Of a stretch of DNA of 42,763 bases, positions 12,244 to 24,707 are shown piece after piece. Origin of the DNA: Rhizaria sp. SCN 62-66. Taxonomy: Eukaryota. How positions within the stretch are numbered: position 1 is the stretch's first letter; each line of letters opens with the position of its first letter. The stretch covers positions 1 to 42,763 of the forward strand of contig MEDY01000505.1 of NCBI GenBank assembly GCA_001724265.1, read 5' to 3'. The position numbers were made by a program, and so were the translations under genes. The notes under the pieces were generated by a model that was not told the DNA's origin, did no database searches, and saw only the letters and a list, made by a program, of their open reading frames with translations.

Positions 12244-14318
12244 AGTGCTGGAAAGCATCGCAGGTCACTGAACAAAGCAAGACCAACCAAGCGAAACGAC
12301 TGATAATGACATGATGGAATAACTTAGTTGTACAGATTTCATGTCATTTTGTCGCAGCTTTTGTTGTTTTGCTTTTTAAAGTTTTTGTTGTTTAAGTTTG
12401 TTTTTTTTCACAGATTTTCTTTTTTTGATTTAACCTCGCCATTTTCATCACGCAAACACACCCACTCAACACACACCACACGCAAACACGCTCTTCCTCC
12501 ACGCTACAGTTCCACTTTCACGCTAATCTCGCACTGTCTCTCCACTGCTCCCAGTCCCAACACTGCTTGCGCTGTCATCTCCAGCACAACAGCCAGCCGC
12601 AGTGTTCAGTATCATAGGTTCTATTGCATAGACGCCCCTTTTGACGCTTCAGTCTCTGCCAACTCAACTTGTCCCTTTGATCGTTGTTGTTGTCTTGTTT
12701 TGTTGTCTCTTCATCTCCGTCTTCTTTTCTCTCCCTCATTCGTCTGTCTTTGTCTCGTCTCCTATGATCACTGTTGTTTATTCGAGCTCCCTTGCTTGCC
12801 GTTTGCTGTGTGTTGTTGCTGTTGCTTCTGTCAACTTGACACTGCTGCTGTTTGTAGGACTAAGTTTCTACTAAATCATAGCTCATACTAATTTTATTAT
12901 ATGAGTGTATGATGTTGTTACTGTTCTTGTTGTTGTTGTTGTTGTTTGTTTTGTTGCTGTCTTTGTGTATCGTCGCATGCGTCGTGTGTGCAACCAAATA
13001 TTATTACTACATTTTGTTTGTGTTCTCATTTTAGTTTCTGGATCTCACTTGCACGTTAGTCTAATCTCTTTTGTATAGCGTTTGTATCCTATTATATAGC
13101 TGTCTCTTGTTGTCATATCTCTCTTTGGCGACAAATGCAGCTTATAATCACAACTCTTTCTGTTATGCTCTGTGCATTTCTTTGCTCTGTGCCATGTGGT
13201 TGATTTTAGTGCGTGTTTGTTTCTACGTTATGATATGTGTTTTTGTTTTATTCCTCTCTCAAAGTCATGCTCCCTTGTCCCTTGTAGCTTCTATCTACTA
13301 CTACCTAAATCTAAGGTCTGTTGACTTGCACCTACGCACGCATATACTCGCACGTTTGGTGTTTCATATCTGCGTGTTGTAAGCTTATCCTGCAGCCTAG
13401 TTGAGTTTCGTTTTGTTATTGTGTCCTCTCTCTTGTTGGCGCGTTGCTGCTTTTCGCTGTGAACTTGCCCTCCCCAACACCCGGGTCTATCGTTCGCTCA
13501 CACTCGCCGCCAGTCTCAGCCCCTCATACTCCCAGACGCTCGATTCTCAGACCCACCACTCTCGCTCTTTTGCTGTTGACTGACGGCTGGTGGTACAGTC
13601 AGCGTTAACATAGCGCATCTGCGGTGCGGTGATGCCCTTTTCTCTGCTGTCTCATCCTGTTCTTTTTCTAACCACTCCCCCCGTCTCTCTCCGCCCGTGT
13701 CCCCCCTGTCGGCGAGTGAAGGCAGGCTCCGCTCCTGCGGTGCTGTTTTCCGCCAACAACGGTCCTTTATTATTATTATGTACATGTAAGTATCAATTAT
13801 AATCTTAGTAGTATATACGTTTCTTTGTTAGGCTTATGTCGTGTGTCAATCCTTCTCTGTGCCTGCTCTCCCCCCCAAACAATGTGTTGTTGTTCTCAAA
13901 CCATGCTTTAGCGCCGTAGAATGCGGGCCTTTCCTAATCCCACTCACTCCATGAAACCTTCATATGCGTATAAATATCTCCCCTCTCTCAATTTGTACAT
14001 AAGGTCCATACAAACCAAGACAAGTTCATAAAACAATATCCTGCGTCGGAAATCGTACCTGCAAATTTCACGGAATAATAAAAATGTCGTGGCTTCGAAA
14101 ACCTTAGTTTAGTAAAATCTCAAGTTCGGACCGTTGGCCACCAGCAGGTCTCCAAATTGAAGCCAGGGCCAAGTGACCGTGGGTCAAATTTTAAATTAGG
14201 ACGGCTTCGAATTGGTGCTCGCCAACCAACCCTTGGCGGGGCCCGGCCGCAAAGCCTCATGACCGGCTTCGCGACCTTTTCTCGGTTGACAACCTTAAGG
14301 TTTGGGTATTGTAATACA

Positions 14319-15402
14319 ATGTCTAAGGAAATGAAGGGTACGTACATATATAATTCTTGTCCTGTTGCTACTGCGCGCATATGCTGCTCCTCTGGCGTCA
14401 TGAACTGCGTCCGCCCAGTCAGTCTCCCCTGGTGCTCACCGCCCGCTACCGCTCCTTCGCGTCCCCCTTGCCCCTCTTTCGCCCTCTCTGTGCTCATCTA
14501 GGTCGTGGTGGCCAGTGCGGCGGCAAGTTCCGTGTCACTGCCGGTCTCCCCACCGGTGCCATCATCAACTGCGCCGACAACACTGGTGCCAAGTCCCGAC
14601 TACGTCATGGCCTCCGTCAAGCAGGGTGTTGCCGAGCTCCGCAAGAAGGGTATGTCCACGCTCTCACCGCACTCCTGTTCTGCTCCAGTCCCCGATTCCC
14701 TTCCCCGCTATCCTCTTTTTTTTCTTGCTCGTCTTCGCTCGCAGCTAGCTCTGCTCTCTCGCCTTGCGCTCTGCGCGGGCCCCTTCCGACCCGACCGTCC
14801 TCTCACTCGTTGTTCTTCCTCTTTGTTCGCTCTTGTTTCCGCTTTGCGCACTACAGTTACCCCCGCCATCGTCATCCGCCAGCGCAAGGCTTGGCGCCGT
14901 CCCGATGGCTACTTCATCATGTTCGAGGGTACGTCCACGGCCCAGTTCCGCACTCGCGCCCGCGCCGCAAAGCGCTCGCCAGGCTTCTCTCCCGCACGCA
15001 CAGCACACCCAAGTCGCAGAATATGGCCTTATCGCATCTGCTTGAGGCCGCCGCACATGCTATGCTATCGGCAAACGCCACTCTGAACTTCTCTCGGCGT
15101 CAGCCTTTATTCTTGAGAGCTGCGTTGGATAAGCTTGATGATATCGTTTTGTGCGAGAATAACTCCTCTTGTTTCAATCCTTGTTATGTTCCACTCTCTT
15201 GCTTTCTCCTTTTGAACTCTGTATCTCACCCTTCTTTGCAACCTTTCTTTGCTTCTCTCTGTTCTTGTCCTCTTTAGACAATGCTGGTGTCATCTGCAAC
15301 GCCAAGGGTGAGATCAAGGGCTCCGCCATCACCGGCCCCGTCGCCAAGGAGGCCGCTGACCAGTGGCCCAACGTCGCCTCTAAGTGCGGCGCCGTCCTCT
15401 AA
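14319..15402 (+). CDS. RPL23: 60S ribosomal protein L23 (uL14); as assembled it carries a frameshifting ~65-nt deletion in exon 2
   Basis: Exons 14319..14337, 14502..14649, 14857..14928, 15278..15402, stop TAA. Motifs [58 protein letters not shown]. The frame breaks at 14597/14598. Confidence 0.92.
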
Positions 15403-16272
15403 GCAACCCGGCCCCCGGCTGTGCTGCCCAGAGAACAACAACACCCCCCAGTGCGCGCGCAGGCGCCCGTATGGGCGGCTGAGAGTGTACTGAAATAATA
15501 CAACATCCTACCCGAATCAAACAAAAACTCAACTTTCTTCTCTCGAAATCTCGTCATATTAATACGTAATCATCGCTCTGTCTTGTCGTCTAGTCACGCA
15601 CTTGCATTGGCATTGGCATAAGTAAGGCTAGGATAAAATGCCATGTGTGTTTGTATGGACTGTTATAGTGTGTATAATGACGCGGATAGCTATATGCATC
15701 ACGAACCGCGGCCTTATGGTTACGGATCAAGTCCCGCCGCCGCGCTAAAGCTTAAGACGACGAACAAGCAGCTGTGTTAGTCGTCACGTCACAAACATTG
15801 CGACTGCAAGCATTGCCTTGTGGATGTGTGTTCGCGTAATGACATATATCAATACAGTGATGCCAAGTAATTAAGATATCTACAATTAACAAACGCAAAT
15901 GAACAATACAAAACCAAGCAACAACAACAGTGAACGTGACAACTTGTACAGACGTGACATCAACCTAGCTAGCTTACTGAAAAATGCGCAAAACATAAAC
16001 TGCTACACATACACGGGAAGAGAATATTTAGAATGCGATAACACAAAGTTACCACACGTTTTCTCGTTGCTATAGTATCTCATATACACAGCATATCATA
16101 CTATGAATAAAAAAATATACTGATACAAAACTGGGTGACTAAACAAAAATGCAGCGAAGTAAAAATATTCACAGATACAAAGACAGAACGACGAACAGAA
16201 CAGCAATAATATTTTCGAACACGCAAATGTACACTCATCATCATTGACACCCCTGACCGCGCTCACGTCACC

Positions 16273-17818
16273 TCACAACTCAAGCTCGCTGTCCTCGATG
16301 CCGAGCGCGTGTTCCAGCCCCCCTCCACTTACACCGCCGCCGGCGGCACTTAGACCGCCCGCGGCGCCGCCGGCCCACGTGGCGCCGCCGGCCGCGGCCT
16401 GACTTTGACTTCCGACGCCGATCTCGATGTCGATGTCGTCATCGTAGTCGTCGTCAAAGCCCAGAGCGCCGTTTGCGGTGCTGCCGCTGCCGCTGCCGCC
16501 GCTGCCGCTGCCGCTGCCGGTCTTGACGAGGGCGTACTCGGCGCTGCTGGTACCGCCGTCGCCGCTGCCGCTGCCGTCGCCGCTGCCGCTGCCGCCGGCG
16601 GCACCGCTGCTACCGCTGGGCACGGGAGCGGGCGGGCGGGTGGCGTCCTCCTTCATGCGGATGACTGTGTAGAGAAGCGACCCGCCGAGCGTAAAGACGA
16701 TGCCGGCCGCGACGCCGGGCGTGGCCTTGTTGCCGTAGTACATAAAGCCCAGCATGGACTGCACGCACGCCTTGGCCGTGCCGGAGATGTTGTGCGTCAG
16801 AGGGGACGTCGCCTGGGTGAATGCAATAGAGAAAGAGAAGAGAAGGAAAAGGAGGAAGATTAAAAGATGATGTCGTTTCCTTTTCAAGTGAACGTTTGAT
16901 GATAAAGATAAAGTCATATTGGAATATAACAAGTTGATATAGAAATAAAAGAGATTATTTACTATAATACAATCTTGTTTTCCCGAAAAGGGGTACATGC
17001 AATGCGAGATTTAGCTATGTAGACCGACATACCTGGATCTGCCAGACGGTGGCGACGCCGATGAGATAGCCGACGGCGCCCGCAAGCGCCATGAAGCCCC
17101 ACCAAGCAGGGGTTGTGGTCGCGGCGACCCAGTCGGTGCCGCGCGGGGTCAGCAGCGACTCGGCCATCGCGAGGGGGAAAAGCAGCACGACGGCGTTGAC
17201 GTTGTTGTAGAAGATGAGCAGCGACTTGTCGTTGTTGACGTGCTTGAGGGCGCTCGAGGTGAAGACGGAGTTGAGGGCGACGCAGACCGAGGACGCAACG
17301 CCGAAAACGGTGCCCAGCAGGGAGAAGTTGACCTCGCCCGTGGAGCCGATGTAGAAGCCGGCGATGACAACAGCCAGGGAGGCCAGCGCGGGCAGAGACG
17401 TGCGCTGGCCCAGCAGGGCGAAGGAGAAGAGCACGTTAAAGATGGTCGTAAGCGACCGGGCAACGTTGTAGAATGAGACCTCAACGTACTTGAGGCAGAG
17501 CTGGTTGAAACCGATCATGAGAACGAAGATGAGCGACAGAGGGGCGACCTTGAGTCCGCGCGAAGGGTGATAAGATACTTCGGGGGAACCCTGAAAGAAG
17601 GGAATCGAGGTGTGCTTGCCGAGCATGCCGAGCGCCCAGCAGATGCCGATGGTGATGAGGCATTGGAACCAGACGAGGAAGAGCGGCGAACAGATGTTGG
17701 GTGCCATGAGCTCTTTGTTGAGGAACACCATCGCGAGCGAGATTAGGAAATAGAAGGACACCGCGGCGACGATGTTGCGCCATTCGGCAAGCTTCGCCGT
17801 GCTCACAACGGACAGCAT
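16273..17818 (-). CDS. SLC35C1: GDP-fucose transporter (SLC35C1-like nucleotide-sugar transporter)
   Basis: Exons 17818..17033 and 16812..16273, stop TGA. Motifs ISLAMVFLNK, FNQLCLKYVEVSFYNVARSLTTIFNV, QIQATSPLTHNISGTAKACVQ. About ten hydrophobic helices and a Gly/Ser-rich tail. Confidence 0.9.
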
Positions 17819-18583
17819 CGGGACTGGGCGGACACAGGTGGGTGACTAAACGGCTTTCTGTGGCGGTGCGGTGAGCGCGTGGAGGGAAACTGTCACAACA
17901 GGGGGATGCGAGCGAGCCTTGCAAAGGGGTTTATCTCACTGAAGTGTGAGTTCTTGGGAGTGCTGTCGTATTATATATAAGAGCGTGTAGCGTTGATTGT
18001 GTGAGTTGGAAGATTTTTGAAGACAAGGTTGTGGTGATGAGCTAGAGGAGAATGCTGGTGGCTGTCATAGCCAGAAACTGTCAGCGGGAATCAGCTAGCG
18101 GAAAAGAGTGATTGTGTAGCTTAAACCGCATGTAATCAAAATAAATGTTAGATATCATAGTCTAAGCGCTGTGTAGTCTCGCATAAAACCACTTTAGGCG
18201 CTAACGACGTTGAGATACGTGAGATTTAGACTGTTAAATGAGATGATCACGTCGTCGTGCGTGAGGCTCGGCCCGCAAATGTGGTGACTTTCAAAAAAGC
18301 CGTTGGCTTGCCCGCTCGGCTCCACCCTCTCTTTGCATGCCTGCAGCGTCCCCCTCTCATCGTGAATAGCGATTTCTTCAGCAATTCAACACTGTCATAT
18401 CTTTCTTGATATATCCCCCGTAATTATACGCGCTAACCTCACTTTTATTCCTGCCAATTTTCCACTCTCAGCGCCCGCACTTCTCACTCGCCTTGTGTCG
18501 GCAACCAGCACTACAACCACGCAGCCAGCGCGCCCGACAACTCACACCGTGCCAGCGAGCGGCCTCCCCGGCAACGCCCCAGC

Positions 18584-18704
18584 ATGAGCAGCGGCGGCAT
18601 GGGCACTGCTGCCCCCAGCCGCTCTCTCAAACGCCCTCTGTCGTCAAGAATCAACACGGACGCGCATAATAACAGCGACAACTCCAACACGACGAGCTGT
18701 GGCG

Positions 18705-18778
<74 letters not shown>

Positions 18779-21700
18779 AACAATAACAGCAGCGCGTCCG
18801 CCAGTGACTCCGTGTGCGCGATGCTGGACGCCGTGGTGTTTCCGCGCCTCCGCAGCGCCGCCACGGCCAGCCTCCGCGACGGCTGCCTGGCTGCCGAGGT
18901 GGTGCACTCGGCGCTGCGCCCCGCGCTTGCGCTGCCGCTCCCCGCCGCGCTCGCCCAGAGTGACGAAGCGGGGGGCGCCGAGGCCGAGTGCGAAGGGCTG
19001 GAGGACGTCTTCCCCACGGACCCCCAACACTGGGTGCCCCCGCCGCCTGTGTCCATCCTCGCTACAACGCCCTGTCACAACATTCACTCCAGCACTAGCT
19101 CTAAAGCCCCTAACATCTCCAAGACGGGCGTGGCGACACGCGTCGCGGGCGAACTTGCGGCCGCGGCCACGGCGTCCGCGCTGCTGCGGCCGCCGCCAGG
19201 GCTCGAGGCTCAGGCGCAGGCGCTGCACCTCAAGCTCTCTGCGCTGCTACACGAGCGCCTTAACTTCTGCGCGCTGCTGCTGGGGCCGAGCGGCATGGGC
19301 AAGTCGCACCTAGTCCGCACGGTGCTGTCGCAGCTCCGCGCCGCGCGCGCCCGCGAGAGCGACGGGCTGCCATTCGTGCTCGTCACGCTCGACGGGCTCT
19401 TCGCCAGCAACCTCGCCTCTGGCGGCAACGCCAGCAGCAGCGGAGGAAGCAGTAGCGGCGGCGGTAGCAGCAGCGGCATGAGCTGTGACACGGCTGCGGC
19501 GAGGGACGCCTGCCAGCAAGCCTGCTCGCAGCTGGGACTCAGCCTCTCTCTCTTCGGCAACGACAGCTCCAGCGCCGGCGCCGGCGCTGGCAGCGGTGCC
19601 AGTGGCAGCGGCGGCGGCGGCGACAGTGCTGGCGCGGTGGCGGCCGGCGGCGGCGGCGGCGACGGGAATGCGAGTGCCAGCGGTGCGCTGAGCGGCGGCG
19701 GCTTTGCGGACGCGGCCCAGTTCCTCGCGACGCTGGTACTGTACGGAAGTCAAGCCGCCGCCGCCGCAGACGTGGCCGAGACCGCTAAGACCATCGCCGC
19801 CGCCGCCGCCGCTACGACTGCCGCGTCGACTGCGGCGGCAAACGAGACCAGTGCAATGGCTGCGGCAAAGGCGCTGGCGCTGGCGGCTGCTGCTGGTGGT
19901 GGTGACCACAGTGACAGCAAGAGCGATGGTACTTACACAGGGTCCCACTTAGACTGGCATTTAGATAATGCTAACACCAATGCTGTTGCGAATGATACTG
20001 CTGTTGCTGCGATGTCAAAGCACTGCTCCCCACTGACGTCTTCGTTGACGTACCAGAGCTACTTAGACCCCTTCGCTCCTCCGTCCGTCAGCACCTACAC
20101 GCACACCGCTAAGGCTCCCCGCAACAGCAACGCCATGACTGACAAAGACAACGATGACGACAGCAACAGCAACAGCAACAGCAACAGCTCGAGCAGCTCT
20201 CTCGGCATCTCGAGTGCGGACGCTGTCTTAGGCGACGGCGGCAGCGAGCAGCGACGCAGCGTCAGCGGCCTCTTTGCCGCCGCCTCGGCCGCCGCGGCCG
20301 CCGCAGCCGGCAGTCACGGCGACCCCCTGGCCAGCTCTCACCGGGCGGCCGCGGCCGCGGCCGCGGCGGCGGTCTCGGCGGCCGAGGCGGCCGCGGCTGC
20401 GGCGGCGCTGCTGCGGCGGAGCAGCAACGCCAGCAGCAGCGGGCTCAGTGCCTACGTGACCAAGGCTAAGGGCCAGGGCCAGAGCCAGGGTAAGGGGACG
20501 GGGCAGGGCAATCTAAGTGGTTCCTCTGTCACTTCGTCGTCTGCTACTGATCGTGCCCTTGATGGCGCGAACGTAAGTAGCTTCGTCGGTGTAAGTGCCC
20601 ATCACCAGAGTCTCAGCGGCACTGACAGGTTCTCGACTCTCCCGGCCGCTGCTTCTGACACTGCTTCTGGACGACCTAACCTCAAAGTCAAGCCGCGTCC
20701 CAAGCGCGTGCCGTTCATCTTCGTTCTGGAGAACTTTGACGCGTTTGCACTCTCCCGCGCCGGCAGCTCCAGCGGCGGCGGCGGCGGCGGCGGTGGCGCA
20801 AACAGCAACAGCACCAGCAACGCGAGCGCCGTGAAACGCCAGTCATTGCTGTACCTGCTGAGCGACTTCTTGCAGTCAAAGCGCGTGTCGGTGGGCGTTA
20901 TCGCGGTGTCGTCGAGCTGGGACGTGCAGTCGCTGCTGGAGAAGCGCGTGCGAAGCCGCATGCTGCTGCAGACGATCCTCTTCGCCAACACGGCCGCGCC
21001 GCTGCGCGCGGGTCATAGTAGCGGGGCGGGGGGCCGCGGCGAACTGAGCGTGCCGGAAGTGGAGAGGTACTACAACGGTTACTCGGCTCTGCTGACAACC
21101 ACCGAGAGTGATAACAACAACTACACCATCACCACAAACACTCCCGTTAACGCGATTGAGAAAGCTAAGAAGACTCTTCAGAACGATACTAACAATAACG
21201 GTGACCGTGTGAGTAGTTATGTTGTGAGTGACGCTGTGCCTGCTGTCACGATGACTGTGAGCATCACGGGCGCCCCGAGTTATAATCACAACCGCAACAG
21301 CAGTAACAATAAGAACAACGCTCAGAGTAGCACTGCGAAGTCACCAAGCAAGGGCAGGAGCAAGAGCAGTACTAAAGCTGCCGGTGTGTCCGCTGACAAC
21401 ATCGAAGACGACGGCGATGACGACGCAGACAACAACGCCACCACTCTCCACGACGACTATGTCGACGACGACGACGACGAGGACGAGGACGCTGATTGTG
21501 GCAAGGCCTCTGCGAGTGGCAAAGTGACTGTGGGCACCGCCGTGTCTGTCACTCTGTCCCGGCTGTCCTCGGTCGCCTGGTCGCAACACGGGCCTCTCAC
21601 GCACGCTGCTGCTCACGGTCACTTTGCCCACGGTCGCTCCGACGCTGCTGGTCACGGTCACACTCAATCCCAGTCGCAGGCTGCAGCCGTGCATCCTCTG

Positions 21701-24038
21701 GCCACGGTCGAGGCGATCATCGTCAGCGCGATCGGGCTGCCCACGGTCACCGGCGTAAGTCAAGCCGCGTCCCTGCTCGGCGGCACTAATATAAGTCAGG
21801 CCGCGCCTCTCTATTGTGACAGTGGGTATGTAAGCGGCAACGGCAATGTAAGTGTCGTTCCGCGCACAGATGTGCGTGTGAGCGAGGATCTAAGTGCCCG
21901 CTGGCGCTTGTCAGTCGGCACCGCCCTTACACAAAACACCTACGACGCACACGCACTCCTTGTTGATAAGAACAACAACAATAACAACAACAGCAACTGC
22001 CACTCCACTGCGACTGCGACTGCCCCTGCCTACGGCCACCCTCTGCTGGGCCCCCCGTGGGCGCAACGCTACAACGTGTCGCTGCTGGCCTCGCTGCGCG
22101 CGCAGTCGGTCGTGCATGGTGTGCTGGCGCCCGCGGTCCGCGCCGGCCGCTCGCCGCGCTGGTTTTGCACGCTCGCCGCCGCTGCGCTCGCCTCCGCCAT
22201 GCTCTACGGAAACAGCCTAGGCCACAGCAATAACGACAACCAAAGCAAGAGCAAGAGTAGTCGACAGGCGCAGTCTCACTCGCAGTCTCCGCAGTCGTCT
22301 CTGGTGGTGACGCCCGGAGACTGGTGGGCCGCGGCGGCCGTGCTGGCGGGGCTGCCCCACGCGCGGCAACTGCGGCGCTACGCCAACCGCAGGCATGCGT
22401 GGACGCTACTCCGCGACAAGGCCATCCAGAACACCATCACGCGCTCTAGCGGCGGCAACGGCAATCAGAAGGGTGGCAGCAGCAGCACGGACGCGGCGAG
22501 CGAGAGCAAGGAGCAGAGTGAGCTGAAGAAGCTGCTGCAAATCAAGTCTGCCGGGCTGACTGCCGACGAGGCCGAGGCGGCCTACACTGCCGCCAACGCC
22601 ATCAACAGCGCCAGCGCCCACGGCGGGGGCGGCGCCGAGGACGGCTCGACTCAAGGCAATCACGAGCTCTGGGCCGAGGTCATCCCTTCTTCCACTTCCA
22701 GCAATAGCATCGGTACCAGCAGTCACTCAAGCGGCAGCAACGGCAGCAAGGCGATGCGAGTCCCCTTGCCGCCCGAGCCGCAGCCCCCCTACCCTCTACC
22801 GGCCTCCGCCCAGACCCTGAGCCCGTCCACGCTGCACATGTCGCCGCTCGCGCTTCAAGTCCTTGAAGACCTGCGCCCGCTCGAGCTCGCGCTCGTCGTC
22901 GCGATGCTGCAGCTGGAGCAGAAGGGCATGCCCTACAGCTTCCAGATTGTGTTCCGCGAGTACGCAGCCCTGGCCGCCTCGGCCGCTGCCACGGGCGCCG
23001 GGCAGCGCGCCGGCGGCAGTAACAGCTTCGGCAGCGCCGGCGGCAGTCGCGCTGCGACTGCCACGGATGGCACTGGAGCCGCGGTGGGCGCCGGTGGCAA
23101 CAGTTTCAGCGCAGGCGCCAGTGCGGGGGCGACGGCGTTCGCCAGCGCGGCCCACACCCCGCGGGCGCTGCAGCGACTGGCCAACTCGGCCTCGTTCGCC
23201 ACGGCCTCCGCCTCGGCCGCCGCCGCGGCGTCGGCGTCAGCTGTCGCGGCGGCCGCGGTGACGGTGCTGCCCAAGGCCGTCTGCCTCAACGCCTTCCTAG
23301 CCCTCACGGCCGCGGGCGCAGTCGTCTATGTCGCGCGGTACGTCATTTGAAACATCATGCTTATATGCGTTCAATAAGTATTGATTTCTTGATTATAATG
23401 TTAAATATATTTATTGATGTATTAACCCTTCAATTTCCTTGTCATTGATCCACACACTCTCACATCTCACTTGAACACTGTTTCTTGCTATTTGCACGTT
23501 GTTTTGCATCCTCAGCTCTCCCGATGCCCCAGCAGGCAAAGGCGATCTAGGCGCCGTCGCCGCCGCGCGCATTGCTGCCGCAGCCGCTGCTGCCGCCGGT
23601 GGTTCTGGCTCTGGATCGCAGCCGAACTCTGGCCCCAACACTCCTCAGCGCGGCGGCCGCGGTGCTGGCTCTCACAACTCTAACCCGAACAACGCCAGCT
23701 CTAGCACTGGATCTGCTGCAGCGGCTGCAGGGGCGGCGACTGCATTGTTTGTGACCGAGGCCGGCGAGGAGGTCGCCCTTGCAGCGCACATCGAGGAGGC
23801 CTACGACGCGGCGGTGGCTCTGGTCGAAGTGCCAGGTGACGGCGACGACGACGGCGGACACAGCAGCACCGGCGGCGCGGGCACGGGCGCGGGCGCGGGG
23901 GGCAGGGACGTGAGCTACCAGTGGGTGAAGCTGGCGATTCCGCCCGAGGAGTGCATCAAGTACATCGCCACTTCCAATAGCGTCCCCACGTTCCTCAAGT
24001 CCTGGCTCAACACGTCGGCCACCATGCACAAGATGTGA
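18584..24038 (+). CDS. ORC4: Origin recognition complex subunit 4, greatly expanded (~1758 aa)
   Basis: Exons 18584..23337 and 23516..24038, phase-2 GTACGT intron, stop TGA. Walker A GPSGMGKS, Walker B region FIFVLENFDAF, RQSLLYLLSD, ORC4 signature LLEKRVRSR, and winged-helix pieces LRPLELALVVAM..SFQIVFREY and VPTFLKSWL. The frame is open upstream to a CTAAC..CAG acceptor at 18471, so a further small 5' exon (possibly 18243..18256) may exist. Confidence 0.85.
18707..18787 (+). repeat. (AAC)23 microsatellite plus 4 Asn codons encoding a 27-Asn run in ORC4
   Basis: Directly visible trinucleotide repeat, in frame. Confidence 0.97.
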
Positions 24039-24707
24039 TGCGACATGTAGTGACTTGATCGCTTTGGTTTAAGGTTTAACTTAAAAAATATTTGTTACAG
24101 TAGTTTAATTGTACGTTTTGCTATACATATCAAAATTTCGTCCTAGTATATTGAGATTACATACAGATATGCACTTGAAATAATTTGAAACTAGGACGTG
24201 ACTGTTGCAGTTAAGCAGCTGCAACTTGAGACAGTATCGAGACTTACTACGGTGTGTATCCTGAAACGAATTGATCATCAAACTCTCTGTGTGGATACTA
24301 TGGTGATTTATATGTCATTTTAATTGTATTTTTGTAATTATATATCTTGAAATTGTGTTTGTGTCGAGATGTGCGCTGGGAAAGTCGAAGCCCTGCAAAC
24401 GGCTCTCCCTTCAAAATCCTAATCTCTATTTCCTGGAACTGCTCCTTACAATGAACGTCAATCTGAAAAGCGTAACGCCATAGCATACCTTACGTTTATA
24501 TTTTACTGAAATATGTGCTGTATTTTCTTATGCGGCTATTATCCTCTCCGGCCAGTAGATAACGCTCTCTGCACCTCCCAACCAGCACCTTCTGTATCAA
24601 TCAGCTGTCGCTACAACAACAGCGAACAGCGACACGGGGCACGCGCACAGCTGCTTTCTTTGCGAGTTTACTGTGCTGTCAACGCTAGGTGTTGTTTGGC
24701 GGTGACA

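Noticed and set aside
12328-13583. Cys/Phe/Leu-rich ORFs downstream of CDK
   Set aside because: A by-product of T-rich non-coding composition, with non-ATG starts and no codon bias.
14929-15277. Intronic snoRNA in RPL23 intron 3 (TGATGA near 15137)
   Set aside because: No downstream CTGA box with a terminal stem, and no convincing H/ACA layout.
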